A DNA stretch of 64,000 nt from Patescibacteria group bacterium (lineage in GTDB: Bacteria > Patescibacteriota > Patescibacteriia > Patescibacteriales > UBA12465): assembly GCA_034002925.1 (NCBI GenBank), contig JAVEZP010000001.1, forward strand, positions 209,165 to 273,164. Reading direction: 5' to 3'. Below are positions 53,285 through 63,424 of this stretch, piece by piece (the first letter of the stretch is position 1; every line of letters begins with the position of its first letter). The notes below the pieces were generated by a model. The model had not been told where the DNA came from. It saw only the letters and a list, made by a program, of their open reading frames with translations, and searched no databases. The translations under genes and the position numbers were made by a program.

Positions 53285-56035
53285 TTATTTTAAATCATTC
53301 CAGTTATCACCACTTGCACTTTCTACTACTATTGGTACAGATAAAGTAATAACATTAGACATTACTTGGCTAATAATTTTTGAATATTGTTCTAGCTTGT
53401 CCTCTCTTACTTCAAAAATCAATTCATCATGTATTTGTAAGAGTAGTTGAATTTCATCGCTATGATGTTTAATTAACTGATCTATTTCAATCATGGCTTT
53501 TTTAATCATATCAGCTGCGCTACCTTGAATAGGCATATTAATGGCCATGCGTTCTGCGGCTTTGCGTATTTGCGGTCTGTCGGAGTTTAATTCTGGTAGT
53601 GGTCGACGGCGGTGAAAAATAGTTTCAGCAAATCCTTGATTATAGGCAGCTTTAATGTTTTGATCCATCATTTTTTTAATTTCAGGATAGACCTCAAAAT
53701 AACGCTGAATAAAAGCTTGAGCTTCAGCGTAGCTAATATTGGCATTTTGGCTTAAGCCATGCGGTCCTTGACCATAGAGAATTCCAAAATTAATAGCTTT
53801 AGCTGCTCTTCTCATAGTGCTGTCTATTTTTTCTAAAGCTAGTTTATTTATAGCAGCAGCAGTAGCGCTGTGAATATCAGCTCCTCGTTGAAAGGCTTCA
53901 ATCATTTTTTTATCTTGTGATAAATGAGCGGCTAAACGCAGTTCAATTTGGGAGTAATCTAAACCTAATAATTTATAACCCTCTTTCGCTTTAAAGGCTG
54001 ATCTAATTAAACGCCCTTCTGGTGTGCGAGTGGGAATATTTTGTAGATTTGGTTCGGTGGAGGATAGGCGTCCGGTGGCGGTAATGCTTTGGTTAAAAGT
54101 GCTATGAATTCGTCCATCTTTTTGGGAAATTAAATTAGGTAGAGATAAAACGTAGGTATTATTTAATTTGCTTAATTCACGATGGCTTTGAATGAGAGTA
54201 ATAATTTCGTGTTGATCTTTAATTTTATTTAATTCATCATCGGCAGTAGAAATACCGGTCTTAGTTTTTTTGAGTCCTTTAGTATTTATTTGCAAAGCAG
54301 TAAATAATATTTCTTGTAATTGTTTGGGTGAATTAATATTAAATTCTTTACCAGCTAATTGATAAATTTGATTGCTAATTTTTTTAATTCTTTCGTTTAA
54401 ATCAATGGCTAATTTTTTTAAGGGTTTAGGGTCTAAGATAATACCAGCTTCTTCCATTTTATTTAATATAGGAATTAAAGGTAATTCCAATTTTTGAAAT
54501 AATGGAAATAATTTTTTTTCTTTTAATTTGTTTAATAATACATTTTGTAATTGCCAAATCCAAGCTGCTTCATAACTACTTGTTTGATGAGTAGTGTTTA
54601 AATCGTCAGTTTTATTTTTATCTTGATCTATAGTCACATCAATATTGAGCGATAACTCTTGAATAGCTAAATTTTGTAATAGATGCTGATGTCTTTCGGG
54701 GTGGAGCAGATATGAGGCGATAAGAGTGTCAAAACTTAAATTAAGAGGAAAGATTTGATATTGATGGCAAATTTTTAAAGTATTTTTTAGATCATGTCCA
54801 TATTTAGCAATATTTTCATTTTCCATTATTTGTTTGAAATAAGATAAGAAAGATAGATTGGCTGACTCAGGGCTAATTTGAGAAAATAAGTTATTAGGTG
54901 TATCAGTTGTATTTTTAATAGGGAGATAATAACTCTGATCTTTTTGCCAAGCAAGGGCTATTCCTTGTATTTCTTGCTTGTCTTGAACATTGCAAACACA
55001 AATTTGAAAAGCAATTTCTTTTTGTTTTAAACATTGTTTTAAAAATTTATCAGCTTTAGCTTGAGTATCGATTAATATAGTTTTAATTTCGGTTTTTGTT
55101 GGGGGTGTTGATGTGATAACTAAATCTTGAGATTGTTGTAGGTTTTTTACTTGTTCTAGCTTGTTGAGCAATGATTTAAATTCAAAATGAACGAATAGTT
55201 CTTGGGCTTTTTTTAAATCAAAAGAGTTGAGCTGAAAAGAGCTCCAGTTAATTTCTAAGGGAACATTTTTTTCAATAGTAGCTAAACGTCTACTTAAAAA
55301 AGCAGATTCTTTATCAGTTGTTAATAGTTTTTTAGTGCGTTCTTTAATTTGATCATCATTATTTTCTAAGGCTTCGTATATGCCTTCAAGGTTTTGAAAT
55401 TGTTGTAATAAGGTACTAGCTCCTTTATCTCCCAAACCTTTTACCCCAGGGATGTTATCACTGGGGTCTCCTTTAATAGCTTTATAATCAATAACTTGTT
55501 CTGGGCTAATACCATACTTTTCTTGTACTGCTTGTCTATCATATAACTTACTCTCGCTTAAACCTCTTCCCATGGCATAAACAAAAGTGCGATCACTAAT
55601 TAATTGTAAAGTATCCATGTCGCCGGTAATAATAATATTCTGCCAGTCTGTTTCTTGTTCTGATTTAGTAGCTAGGGTGCCGATAAGGTCATCAGCCTCA
55701 AAACCGTCTTTTTCATAAATAGGGATATCAAGTACTTGAGCAAGCTGTTTTACTAAAGGAATTTGTTCATACAATTCATCTGGCGCTTTAACGCGCGTGG
55801 CTTTGTAGTCTGCATATTCTTCATGACGAAAGGTGGGGGCAGGTCGATCTAAGGTGAGCACCACAAATTCTGGCTTTAATTCAATAAAAGCTTTGAGAAT
55901 AAAAGAAGTAAAACCATATACTGCATTAACTATCATTCCGTCTTTTGTAGTAAGACTGGTAGGTAGGGCATGAAAGCTACGATGAATGAGGGCGTTGCCA
56001 TCAATGATAACAAATTTTTTAGTATTTTTTTGCAT
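53285..56035 (-). CDS. polA: DNA polymerase I
   Basis: 5' nuclease domain (IIDGNALIHRSFHA), motif A DYSQIELR, motif B RRAAKAINFGILYG, motif C QIHDELIFEV. 916 aa. Confidence 0.95.
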   Translation of the reverse strand: MQKNTKKFVIIDGNALIHRSFHALPTSLTTKDGMIVNAVYGFTSFILKAFIELKPEFVVLTLDRPAPTFRHEEYADYKATRVKAPDELYEQIPLVKQLAQVLDIPIYEKDGFEADDLIGTLATKSEQETDWQNIIITGDMDTLQLISDRTFVYAMGRGLSESKLYDRQAVQEKYGISPEQVIDYKAIKGDPSDNIPGVKGLGDKGASTLLQQFQNLEGIYEALENNDDQIKERTKKLLTTDKESAFLSRRLATIEKNVPLEINWSSFQLNSFDLKKAQELFVHFEFKSLLNKLEQVKNLQQSQDLVITSTPPTKTEIKTILIDTQAKADKFLKQCLKQKEIAFQICVCNVQDKQEIQGIALAWQKDQSYYLPIKNTTDTPNNLFSQISPESANLSFLSYFKQIMENENIAKYGHDLKNTLKICHQYQIFPLNLSFDTLIASYLLHPERHQHLLQNLAIQELSLNIDVTIDQDKNKTDDLNTTHQTSSYEAAWIWQLQNVLLNKLKEKKLFPLFQKLELPLIPILNKMEEAGIILDPKPLKKLAIDLNERIKKISNQIYQLAGKEFNINSPKQLQEILFTALQINTKGLKKTKTGISTADDELNKIKDQHEIITLIQSHRELSKLNNTYVLSLPNLISQKDGRIHSTFNQSITATGRLSSTEPNLQNIPTRTPEGRLIRSAFKAKEGYKLLGLDYSQIELRLAAHLSQDKKMIEAFQRGADIHSATAAAINKLALEKIDSTMRRAAKAINFGILYGQGPHGLSQNANISYAEAQAFIQRYFEVYPEIKKMMDQNIKAAYNQGFAETIFHRRRPLPELNSDRPQIRKAAERMAINMPIQGSAADMIKKAMIEIDQLIKHHSDEIQLLLQIHDELIFEVREDKLEQYSKIISQVMSNVITLSVPIVVESASGDNWNDLK

Positions 56036-56114
56036 GTTTATATTTTAGCACGAGCACAATAGTATAAGCAAAGCTTTATAAAAACACCCCTTTTTGTAAG
56101 AGGTGTAGAAAAAA

Positions 56115-56264
56115 TTATTTTTGTCCATGTTTTCTGACTGGTTGAGGACTTTTTTTGTCCACATTTTTGTGGTTTTTCTCTTTACTAATTTGTTTTGCCA
56201 CTCTTTTTACAGCTGGCGTGGGTAATTCCGGGTTAGTTCCTAATACTCCAGGGATTGTGTTCAT
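56115..56264 (-). CDS. Candidate small basic protein (49 aa), not in the supplied ORF track
   Basis: Sequence MNTIPGVLGTNPELPTPAVKRVAKQISKEKNHKNVDKKSPQPVRKHGQK. Own promoter (TTGACT at 56319-56314, 18-nt spacer, TAATAT at 56295-56290) and a downstream hairpin ACACC/GGTGT plus T-run (56084-56110). Confidence 0.35.
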   Translation of the reverse strand: MNTIPGVLGTNPELPTPAVKRVAKQISKEKNHKNVDKKSPQPVRKHGQK

Positions 56265-56391
56265 GATAAATAATTTTAAATTTGCTTTTATATTAGAATA
56301 ATTTTTGCTTTTTAGTCAAGCCCTTATCCCTTTTAGCTTTATTTGCTAGAATAGGTATATAAATAATAAGTATCAATATTAATATTTATTT

Positions 56392-57384
56392 ATGTTAAAA
56401 GTAGGATTGTTTTTTGGCGGCCCAGGCAATGAGGCAAAAGTGTCTCTATTATCAGCAGCCAATGTCATTAAGAATTTTGATTATAGAAAATATCAATTGG
56501 TTTTAATTTATTGGCACAAATCGGGGCAATTTTTTAAATTAAAAAAAATTGAAGATATTAAATCAATTAAAACTCATAAAGCTTTATCAAGTGCTGACTT
56601 TCGTCACTATTTTGATGTCGCCTTATTGATGACTCATGGTCGCTTTGGCGAAGATGGTGTCTTACAAGGCATCTTAGAAAGTCAAGCCTTGCCTTATAGT
56701 GGTTCTAAAGTATTAAGCTCGGCTCTTTGTATGGATAAAGCTCTTTTTAAGTTATTGATGCGTGGCGCTCGTTTATCGCAGTTACCGTTTTTTGTTATTG
56801 ACTACCAGCGTGATGACCTGAGTTTACAAAAAAACATAGTTGCTCAAGCTAAAAAAACTCTATCTTTTCCTATTTATGTTAAGCCGGCTAATTCTGGCTC
56901 ATCAGTTGGCATTAGTAAATTAAACAATTGGCGTTATTTGCAATCAGCCTTGACTGAGGCTAAAAGACATGATCAAAAAGTGATTATTGAACAAGGTTTA
57001 GTCTCTCCTCGAGAAATAGAGGTGGCAGTTTTAGGTAATGACAAGCTCACTATTTCTCGTCCGGGTGAATTGAAGTTGCAGCAAGATTTTTATGATTATG
57101 ATGAAAAATATAAAAAAGGAAGAACAGAGATGTTGATTCCGGCGCATATCAGCAAACAACAAGAGCTGAAAATTATTACTATGACTCAACAAGCTTATCG
57201 TTTAGCAGATTGTCGAGGTTTTGCTCGAGTAGATTTTTTTCTGAAAGATAAGAAAATCTATTTAAATGAAATTAATACTTTACCTGGTTTTACCGATATT
57301 TCCATGTATCCAATGCTAATGGCTAATAAAGGAATTAGCTATCAGCAATTGATTAATCGTTTGATTGAATTAGCTATTAAATAA
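56392..57384 (+). CDS. ddl: D-alanine--D-alanine ligase
   Basis: ATP-grasp fold. HGRFGEDG..QG, VKPANSGSSVGISK, ARVDFF, EINTLPGFT. Confidence 0.92.
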   Translation: MLKVGLFFGGPGNEAKVSLLSAANVIKNFDYRKYQLVLIYWHKSGQFFKLKKIEDIKSIKTHKALSSADFRHYFDVALLMTHGRFGEDGVLQGILESQALPYSGSKVLSSALCMDKALFKLLMRGARLSQLPFFVIDYQRDDLSLQKNIVAQAKKTLSFPIYVKPANSGSSVGISKLNNWRYLQSALTEAKRHDQKVIIEQGLVSPREIEVAVLGNDKLTISRPGELKLQQDFYDYDEKYKKGRTEMLIPAHISKQQELKIITMTQQAYRLADCRGFARVDFFLKDKKIYLNEINTLPGFTDISMYPMLMANKGISYQQLINRLIELAIK

Positions 57385-57387
57385 TTT

Positions 57388-58383
57388 ATGTTAACAATTT
57401 TTAGTTTATCAATTCTTGCCCTTACTTTCTTTTTTATTTTAGCGCATGGTGCCGATCTTTTAGTTGGTAATTTAAGAGCTTTAGCTGATCATAGTAAAAT
57501 TCATCCGGTTTTATTGGGTTTGATTTTAGGCTTTTTGACAACTGTGCCTGAGTTCATGGTGGGTTTAAATGCGATTCGACAAGGTGTGACTACCTTATCA
57601 TTGGGTAATATTTGGGGAGGTATTATTGTGGTTTTAGCTCTTATTTTAGGCTTATCTATCATTCTGCAAAGAAAGATTAAAACGGATGGGCATTTATTTG
57701 TTATTTTACCAAGTTTTATTTTTATTCTTTTTTCTTTGTTTTTAGGCACAAAGGGTGTGTTAAATTTTTATGATGGTTTATTTTTATTAATTTTCTATCT
57801 GATTATCGTATATCTAGATTTTTTAGCTGGTGGACATTATCAATCTGATATTCTTATTAAAGAAGAAATATTGGAAAAAGAAGGCATTAAAAATCCTAAA
57901 TCTTGGTTTGGTGTGAGATTATATAATTGGCATCGAGCCTTTAAAAAAGAAATAAGCTGGGCTTTAGTTGGTTTAGTCTTAGTGGTAGTAGCATCTTATG
58001 TTATCATGGAGATTGCCGATATTTTCCTAGGTATTTTTCCTTTGCCACCTTTCTTAGTCGGTCTTTTAATTTTTTCTTTAGGCACTAATTTACCAGAAAT
58101 AACCGTGATGCTACGTTCCTTAAAATTGAAATCAGCTGATATTTCTTTTGGTCATTTGGTGGGTTCAGCAGTAAGCAATGTTTTAGTATTGGCACTTTTA
58201 ACTTTTTTTACCACCATTGATTTAACAGTTTCTTGGCGTTATTACGTTTTGATGTGTTTTATGTTGTTAACGGTAGCGGCTATTTCTTGGTTTTATGTTA
58301 GTAAAAAAAGTTTTGATCGTTGGGAGGGAATAGCCTTATTGTTTTTGTATTTTGCTTTTGTTTTTTATGAGATTTTTTTATAA
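57388..58383 (+). CDS. CaCA-family sodium/calcium exchanger (YrbG-like)
   Basis: Two alpha-repeats (FLTTVPEF..GNIWGG and LGTNLPEI..GHLVGSAVSN). About 10 TM helices. Confidence 0.8.
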   Translation: MLTIFSLSILALTFFFILAHGADLLVGNLRALADHSKIHPVLLGLILGFLTTVPEFMVGLNAIRQGVTTLSLGNIWGGIIVVLALILGLSIILQRKIKTDGHLFVILPSFIFILFSLFLGTKGVLNFYDGLFLLIFYLIIVYLDFLAGGHYQSDILIKEEILEKEGIKNPKSWFGVRLYNWHRAFKKEISWALVGLVLVVVASYVIMEIADIFLGIFPLPPFLVGLLIFSLGTNLPEITVMLRSLKLKSADISFGHLVGSAVSNVLVLALLTFFTTIDLTVSWRYYVLMCFMLLTVAAISWFYVSKKSFDRWEGIALLFLYFAFVFYEIFL

Positions 58384-58401
58384 TCAAAAAATATAAGCAA
58401 T

Positions 58402-58434
58402 AAAAAAACAACTCATAAATTGAGTTGTTTTTTT
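58402..58434. terminator. Bidirectional terminator between the antiporter gene and tRNA-Ala
   Basis: A-run, then stem AACAACTCA/TGAGTTGTT, then T-run. Confidence 0.8.
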
Positions 58435-58439
58435 GTAAG

Positions 58440-58513
58440 TGGACCCTAAGGGATTCGAACCCTTGACCCCCTGCTTGCAAAGCAGGTGCTCTAGCCAGCT
58501 GAGCTAAGGGCCC
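58440..58513 (-). tRNA. tRNA-Ala(TGC)
   Basis: Reverse complement GGGCCCTTAGCTCAGCTGGCTAGAGC-A-CCTGC-TTTGCAA-GCAGG..GGTTCGAATCC..AGGGTCCA. The G3:U70 identity pair is present. Confidence 0.93.
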
Positions 58514-58549
58514 TTACAAAGCTTATATTAACGGTCTTTTTATTTTTGG

Positions 58550-58792
58550 TCAAGACTTTGGAATTAAGGGTGAAAGTAACCAAGTAAAAAAGTTAAGGCC
58601 ATTACCGCTAATCATTACAATACCAATAAAAATAGCTAATAATCCCAATAACTTATAACCTAAACGAGAGCCACCTTCGGTGCCAAAAGTGTTTTCAAAC
58701 CAAGTGATTCGTCCAAAGTTTTGCAAAAACCATTCAGTCTTAATAACCAAGACGACGCCGATGCTCAGGATAATGAGGCCTAAAATAATCAT
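58550..58792 (-). CDS. Hypothetical small membrane protein (2 TM)
   Basis: 80-aa ORF with two hydrophobic helices, 6 nt downstream of the LysM-M23 gene. Confidence 0.45.
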   Translation of the reverse strand: MIILGLIILSIGVVLVIKTEWFLQNFGRITWFENTFGTEGGSRLGYKLLGLLAIFIGIVMISGNGLNFFTWLLSPLIPKS

Positions 58793-58798
58793 ATTTTT

Positions 58799-60244
58799 TT
58801 ATCTTATATAATTTAAAGGATTATATCTTTTACCATTAATTACTACTTCAAAATGCAAATGAGGACCAGTAGATCTACCAGTGGAGCCAATTAAGGCAAT
58901 GAGTTGTCCTTTCTCTACGCTATCTCCCTTAGACACTAATAATTTAGAGGCGTGCCCATAGCGAGTTTTTTTGCCTCCGCCGTGGTCTAATAAAATAGTG
59001 TTGCCATAGCCACCATTCCAACCACCTTGGGAAATTTCCACCACTCCGTCATCAGCGGCATAAATAGGAGTGCCAACTTTTTCACCAATATCAAGGCCGT
59101 TATGAGACCAAGAGAAATATTGAGTAATGCGGTGTCCACTAGTGGGCCAAGCCATTTTATTGCTGCTGCTACTTGGTGTTTCTGAGCTGACAATTTCTTT
59201 AATCACATTAAGGCCACTAGAACTAGTGTTTTTAACTACCGTGCTGCTAGTTACACTAGAACTTCTTTTAATGCCTGGAATAATTAATTCTTGACCGATG
59301 CGGATGGAACTCGCACTAGTTAAATTATTACTACTAATAATTTTTTCTACGGCAGTGTCGTAGGTTTGGGCTAAACGTCCTAAAGTGTCACCACTTTTAA
59401 CTTTATATAAGAAGCCATCAGTAGGCAAGATAGTTAATTCTTTACCTGGTCTAATAATACTGAAAGCTGTGAGATTATTAGCCCATAATATAGTATTGAC
59501 GTTTAAATTAAAACGTCTAGCAATGGTGCTAATTGTATCTCCACTTTGGATGGTGTATTGAATAATACTTGATCTTTTTGTTTCTTGATTTTCTGTTTCT
59601 TGATTGGTGGATGTGGTAGGTGTTTCTAAGCTTAACTGTTTTGGTTTTAAGATTGTGCCTTGATTATTTAAAAGACTAGGATCTTCAGACAAGCTTTCTT
59701 CAGTACCAATACCAGCATTAGAGGATAACATGCCTTTTGGTGCGACATAAAGATTGTTTGCTAGACTGGTCCAAAAATTATTGGATGCATTTTCTTGGAT
59801 TAACTCTTCATGATTTTGTCCTAAATCATTAAATTCATCTCTTACCACTTCTTCCATGACGCTGATTTTTGGTTTGCCTAGGGCGGCACTAGCTGGTTTT
59901 TGATTTTGGAGATTAAATAAGACTGCAATTATAACAAATAAAAGCGCAATAAAATGAAAAGATTTTTTGCGAAATAATTCTAATTTTGATTGTTCTTTTA
60001 AATCATATTTTTTAATTCTGAAAATTAAATAATATAAATTTAAAAATGGTTTATAGAGAAAGAATTTTACAAGACTAAATATTGGTTTAAATATCCAGGT
60101 AAATAATTTAGTTAGCACAATCTTAATAACCATTAAAAAACGCAATCCCACAATTGAGATTTCAATCAAAATTTTTTTCAGTTGTCGATAGGGCTGATAG
60201 TTGATATGTTTATCCTCTTTAATAAGGCTTTTAAATACTATCAT
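58799..60244 (-). CDS. LysM-domain M23 peptidoglycan metalloendopeptidase
   Basis: N-terminal TM region, two LysM repeats (YTIQSGDTISTIARRF, YKVKSGDTLGRLAQTY), M23 catalytic motifs HNGLDI and GPHLHFEV. Confidence 0.88.
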   Translation of the reverse strand: MIVFKSLIKEDKHINYQPYRQLKKILIEISIVGLRFLMVIKIVLTKLFTWIFKPIFSLVKFFLYKPFLNLYYLIFRIKKYDLKEQSKLELFRKKSFHFIALLFVIIAVLFNLQNQKPASAALGKPKISVMEEVVRDEFNDLGQNHEELIQENASNNFWTSLANNLYVAPKGMLSSNAGIGTEESLSEDPSLLNNQGTILKPKQLSLETPTTSTNQETENQETKRSSIIQYTIQSGDTISTIARRFNLNVNTILWANNLTAFSIIRPGKELTILPTDGFLYKVKSGDTLGRLAQTYDTAVEKIISSNNLTSASSIRIGQELIIPGIKRSSSVTSSTVVKNTSSSGLNVIKEIVSSETPSSSSNKMAWPTSGHRITQYFSWSHNGLDIGEKVGTPIYAADDGVVEISQGGWNGGYGNTILLDHGGGKKTRYGHASKLLVSKGDSVEKGQLIALIGSTGRSTGPHLHFEVVINGKRYNPLNYIR

Positions 60245-60264
60245 TCTTAATTTTTTCGGTCAAT

Positions 60265-60294
60265 TTGATTACTTCTTTTCTTTTCTGCTATAAT
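60265..60294 (+). promoter_or_regulatory. Candidate gpmA promoter with extended -10
   Basis: TTGATT at 60265-60270, 18-nt spacer ending in TGC, TATAAT at 60289-60294. Confidence 0.5.
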
Positions 60295-60326
60295 GATAAA
60301 AAGTCAATATTTTTAGTAATATTTTT

Positions 60327-61064
60327 ATGTTTAAACTAGTTATTTTACGTCATGGTGAAAGCGAGTGGAATAAAAAAGGTTTATTTACCGGCTGGACTGA
60401 TGTAGATTTGAGTAAAAAAGGTGTTTTAGAAGCTCAGCAAGCTGGTAAAAAATTAAAAAGAGAGGGCTTTATTTTTGATTATGTTTTCGCTTCTCTTTTA
60501 AAGAGAGTCTTAAAAACTACTAATATTGTTTTAGAGGAAACCGACCAGTTATGGTTGCCAATAATTAAAGATTGGCGCTTAAATGAAAGGCATTATGGTA
60601 ATTTACAAGGTTTAAATAAAGAGCAGACAGCTAAAAAATTTGGTGATCATCAATTTCAGCTGTGGAGACGATCTTATGATGTGAGACCACCGGCTATTAC
60701 TCCAGCTAATAAATACAACCAAAAAAATGATCGTCGTTATCAGAATATCAAGGCTCCTCTAACTGAAAGTCTAAAAGATGTAGTAGCTAGAGTTGTTCCG
60801 TGGTGGAAAGAAGAGGCGGCGCCCTTAATTAAAAAAAATAAAAAACTTTTAATAGTAGCATCTGGTAATAGTTTGCGCGCTTTAGTTAAGCATATTGAAA
60901 ATATTTCTGATCAAGATATTGCGTCCCTGAATATTCCTACTGGCATTCCTTTGGTTTATGAATTTGATAATAAGCTAAGAGTAAAGAAAAAATATTATTT
61001 AGCTAATGCTAAAGATTTAAAAACAGCAATTCAGCAAACTGCCACACAAGGAAAAAAGAAATAA
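60327..61064 (+). CDS. gpmA: 2,3-bisphosphoglycerate-dependent phosphoglycerate mutase
   Basis: LVILRHGESEWNKKGLFTGW, RLNERHYG.LQG, SGNSLRAL. Confidence 0.93.
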   Translation: MFKLVILRHGESEWNKKGLFTGWTDVDLSKKGVLEAQQAGKKLKREGFIFDYVFASLLKRVLKTTNIVLEETDQLWLPIIKDWRLNERHYGNLQGLNKEQTAKKFGDHQFQLWRRSYDVRPPAITPANKYNQKNDRRYQNIKAPLTESLKDVVARVVPWWKEEAAPLIKKNKKLLIVASGNSLRALVKHIENISDQDIASLNIPTGIPLVYEFDNKLRVKKKYYLANAKDLKTAIQQTATQGKKK

Positions 61065-61081
61065 TTGTTTTTTGGATTTAT

Positions 61082-61110
61082 AAAAAAGCCTTTTTAAAAA
61101 GGCTTTTTTT
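61082..61110. terminator. Bidirectional terminator after gpmA
   Basis: A-run, then stem AGCC/GGCT extended by T/A pairs, then T7. Confidence 0.8.
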
Positions 61111-61112
61111 GT

Positions 61113-62039
61113 TTATTCAATATTACCAGGCACTATAACTGGAAAAGCTTTGCTTTTAGGATAGGCTTTATAACCATAATCGCGACAAAATGGCGTGATA
61201 TTTTCCCGAAAATAATCGGGCTTTGCTTCTTGAATAAGACCTATTAGAAAATAACTTAAAGCCATAATTGCTCCTGGGCCAAAATTTTTGTTAATGTTAA
61301 TTTCCCAACGTGATTTGGTCGCTCCAAAATATTTATTTTTGCCAAAACTGATAACCAGTTCATTTTGATCTCTAATAACAAATTTGGCGTGACGAGCTTC
61401 TCCAAAAGAGAAGGCGCGTAAAGATAGGTGGGGACCAAAAAGTTCGCTTTTTTTAATGTCTAGCATGGGCGCAATTGCGTTAAATTGATCTGGTAAGATA
61501 AAACTATAGGCTTGGTATTGTTTAAATTTTTGCGGTATTTTTAATTTCAAAATAAAGCTGATTAGAGTGTCTATATTTTCTGGAAAAGCAGCACTGATCA
61601 TGCTTAAATAGGTGGAAACATTATAGGTATAAGGTTCACTTAACTTAGGAAAGAATAGACATTCGTCGGCTAATTTAGCAGCACTGGAATTTGGTGAACA
61701 GCTGAATAAAATTGTTTTTAGCCCCATTTTTTTAGCTGCTTTAATTTCCCAAATTGAGTCTTTTTCTCCGGAAGCAGAAATGATAACAGCTTCGCTAATC
61801 ACTTTATTCTTAATTAATTTTTTATAAAGCTGCAAAATAGCCAGAGCGTTACTTTCGTTGGCAAAAATAGCTTTTTGTCTAGAGAAAATTATTTGCCCTG
61901 CATTATAGGCATTACCACTACCAATCACAATTGGAAAATTATATTTTTTCAAATTTATTTTTGGCAACTTATAGTCTTTTAATAGATTTAAAGCTTTAAT
62001 AACACTGATATTTAAAGAGTCTAATTCTTCTGTTTTCAT
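61113..62039 (-). CDS. Hypothetical protein, possibly a SIS-fold sugar-phosphate isomerase-like protein
   Basis: 308 aa. VIGSGNAYNAG and VIISASGEKDS..AKKMGLKTILFSC resemble the SIS nucleotide-binding-like fold. The assignment is weak. Confidence 0.35.
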   Translation of the reverse strand: MKTEELDSLNISVIKALNLLKDYKLPKINLKKYNFPIVIGSGNAYNAGQIIFSRQKAIFANESNALAILQLYKKLIKNKVISEAVIISASGEKDSIWEIKAAKKMGLKTILFSCSPNSSAAKLADECLFFPKLSEPYTYNVSTYLSMISAAFPENIDTLISFILKLKIPQKFKQYQAYSFILPDQFNAIAPMLDIKKSELFGPHLSLRAFSFGEARHAKFVIRDQNELVISFGKNKYFGATKSRWEININKNFGPGAIMALSYFLIGLIQEAKPDYFRENITPFCRDYGYKAYPKSKAFPVIVPGNIE

Positions 62040-62152
62040 ATTATTTTTGTTTAATTTTGCCCAATTTTATTGATGTTTTTATTATAACTGATATTGATTT
62101 TTATTTCAATTTAGGTTATGCTAGGGGCATATAAAATAAGTAAAGAAAAAAT

Positions 62153-62875
62153 ATGTCAGGACATTCTAAATGGGCGACTACTCATCGACAGAAAGCGGTA
62201 GTTGACGCTAAAAGAGGCGCAATTTTCACTAAACTAGCCAATAACATTTCGATTGCCGCTAAGCAGGGTGGTGATCCAGATATGAATCCAGCTTTAAGAA
62301 CAGCTATTGACCGAGCTCGAAGTATGAGCATGCCTAAGGATAATATTGAAAGAGCGATTAAAAAAGGAACAGGCGAATTAGGAGGGGATCAAATGGAAGA
62401 ACTTTATTATGAAGCAATTGGCCCAGGTGGCGTTCAGATGATTGTAAAGTGTATTAGTGATAATCGTAATCGTAGCGCTGCTACTATTCGTCATTTGTTT
62501 AATAAAAACAATTCTTCTTTAGGGGCGGTGATGTGGAACTTTGAACAAAAAGGCGTGATTATGTTAAGTCGTGAAGAGTTAAGTGCTAAAAATAAAGATA
62601 TTGATGAATTAGAATTAAGTTTAATTGATCAAGGCGTTAGTGATGTTGCTAGAGATGAAGATGGTATGATTGTTTATGCAGAATTAGCTGATTTTCAAAA
62701 GATTCAAGATTTTTTACAGACTCTTGATTTAAAAAATGAATCTGCAGAAATTGAATATGTAGCTAAAGAAAAAATCGCTCTTAACGCCACTGATCAAGAA
62801 AAATTTGATAAATTATTAGAAGAACTAGAAGATAATGAAGAAGTGAGCGCTGTTTATAGCAATATCCTTGATTAG
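62153..62875 (+). CDS. yebC: YebC/PmpR-family DNA-binding regulator
   Basis: MSGHSKWATTHRQKAVVDAKRGAIFTKL is the canonical N-terminus. 240 aa. Followed by ruvC, as in many bacteria. Confidence 0.92.
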   Translation: MSGHSKWATTHRQKAVVDAKRGAIFTKLANNISIAAKQGGDPDMNPALRTAIDRARSMSMPKDNIERAIKKGTGELGGDQMEELYYEAIGPGGVQMIVKCISDNRNRSAATIRHLFNKNNSSLGAVMWNFEQKGVIMLSREELSAKNKDIDELELSLIDQGVSDVARDEDGMIVYAELADFQKIQDFLQTLDLKNESAEIEYVAKEKIALNATDQEKFDKLLEELEDNEEVSAVYSNILD

Positions 62876-62937
62876 TTTCATTTTTTACTTTATCGTTAGT
62901 AGCTCGGGCAATTAAACTTTTTCCGGGCTAATCTTTT

Positions 62938-63420
62938 ATGGCCTCAAAAATAGTTTTAGGTATTGATCCTGGTATTGCTGATACTGGTTACGGATTTATT
63001 AAGGTAGGGGCTAATAAGCTAGAATGTTTAGCTTATGGCTCAATTAAAACTACTCCTAATTTGTCTTTGCCCGAGCGTTTGAGTAAGCTGTACCAGGATT
63101 TAACGACTTTAATTAAATTATATAAACCTCAAGAAGCAGCAGTGGAGCAATTATTTTTTAATAAAAATGTCCGCACTGCTCTGATTGTTGGCCAGGCTCG
63201 GGGGGTTGCTTTATTAGCTTTAAATCAATCGGGTTTAGTTATTAATGATTTTACCCCCGCCCAAGTTAAATCTGCGGTGTCTGCTTATGGTAAAGCTTCT
63301 AAACAACAGGTACAGAAGATGGTTAAATTAATTTTAGGTTTAGAAGAAATCCCTAAACCTGATGATGCGGCTGATGCTTTAGCGGTTGCTATCTGCGGCG
63401 CTAATACTCGTTATTATTAA
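62938..63420 (+). CDS. ruvC: Holliday junction resolvase RuvC
   Basis: LGIDPGIADTGYG, E at AVEQLFF, and a C-terminal DAADALAVA catalytic motif. Confidence 0.9.
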   Translation: MASKIVLGIDPGIADTGYGFIKVGANKLECLAYGSIKTTPNLSLPERLSKLYQDLTTLIKLYKPQEAAVEQLFFNKNVRTALIVGQARGVALLALNQSGLVINDFTPAQVKSAVSAYGKASKQQVQKMVKLILGLEEIPKPDDAADALAVAICGANTRYY

Positions 63421-63424
63421 AAAT

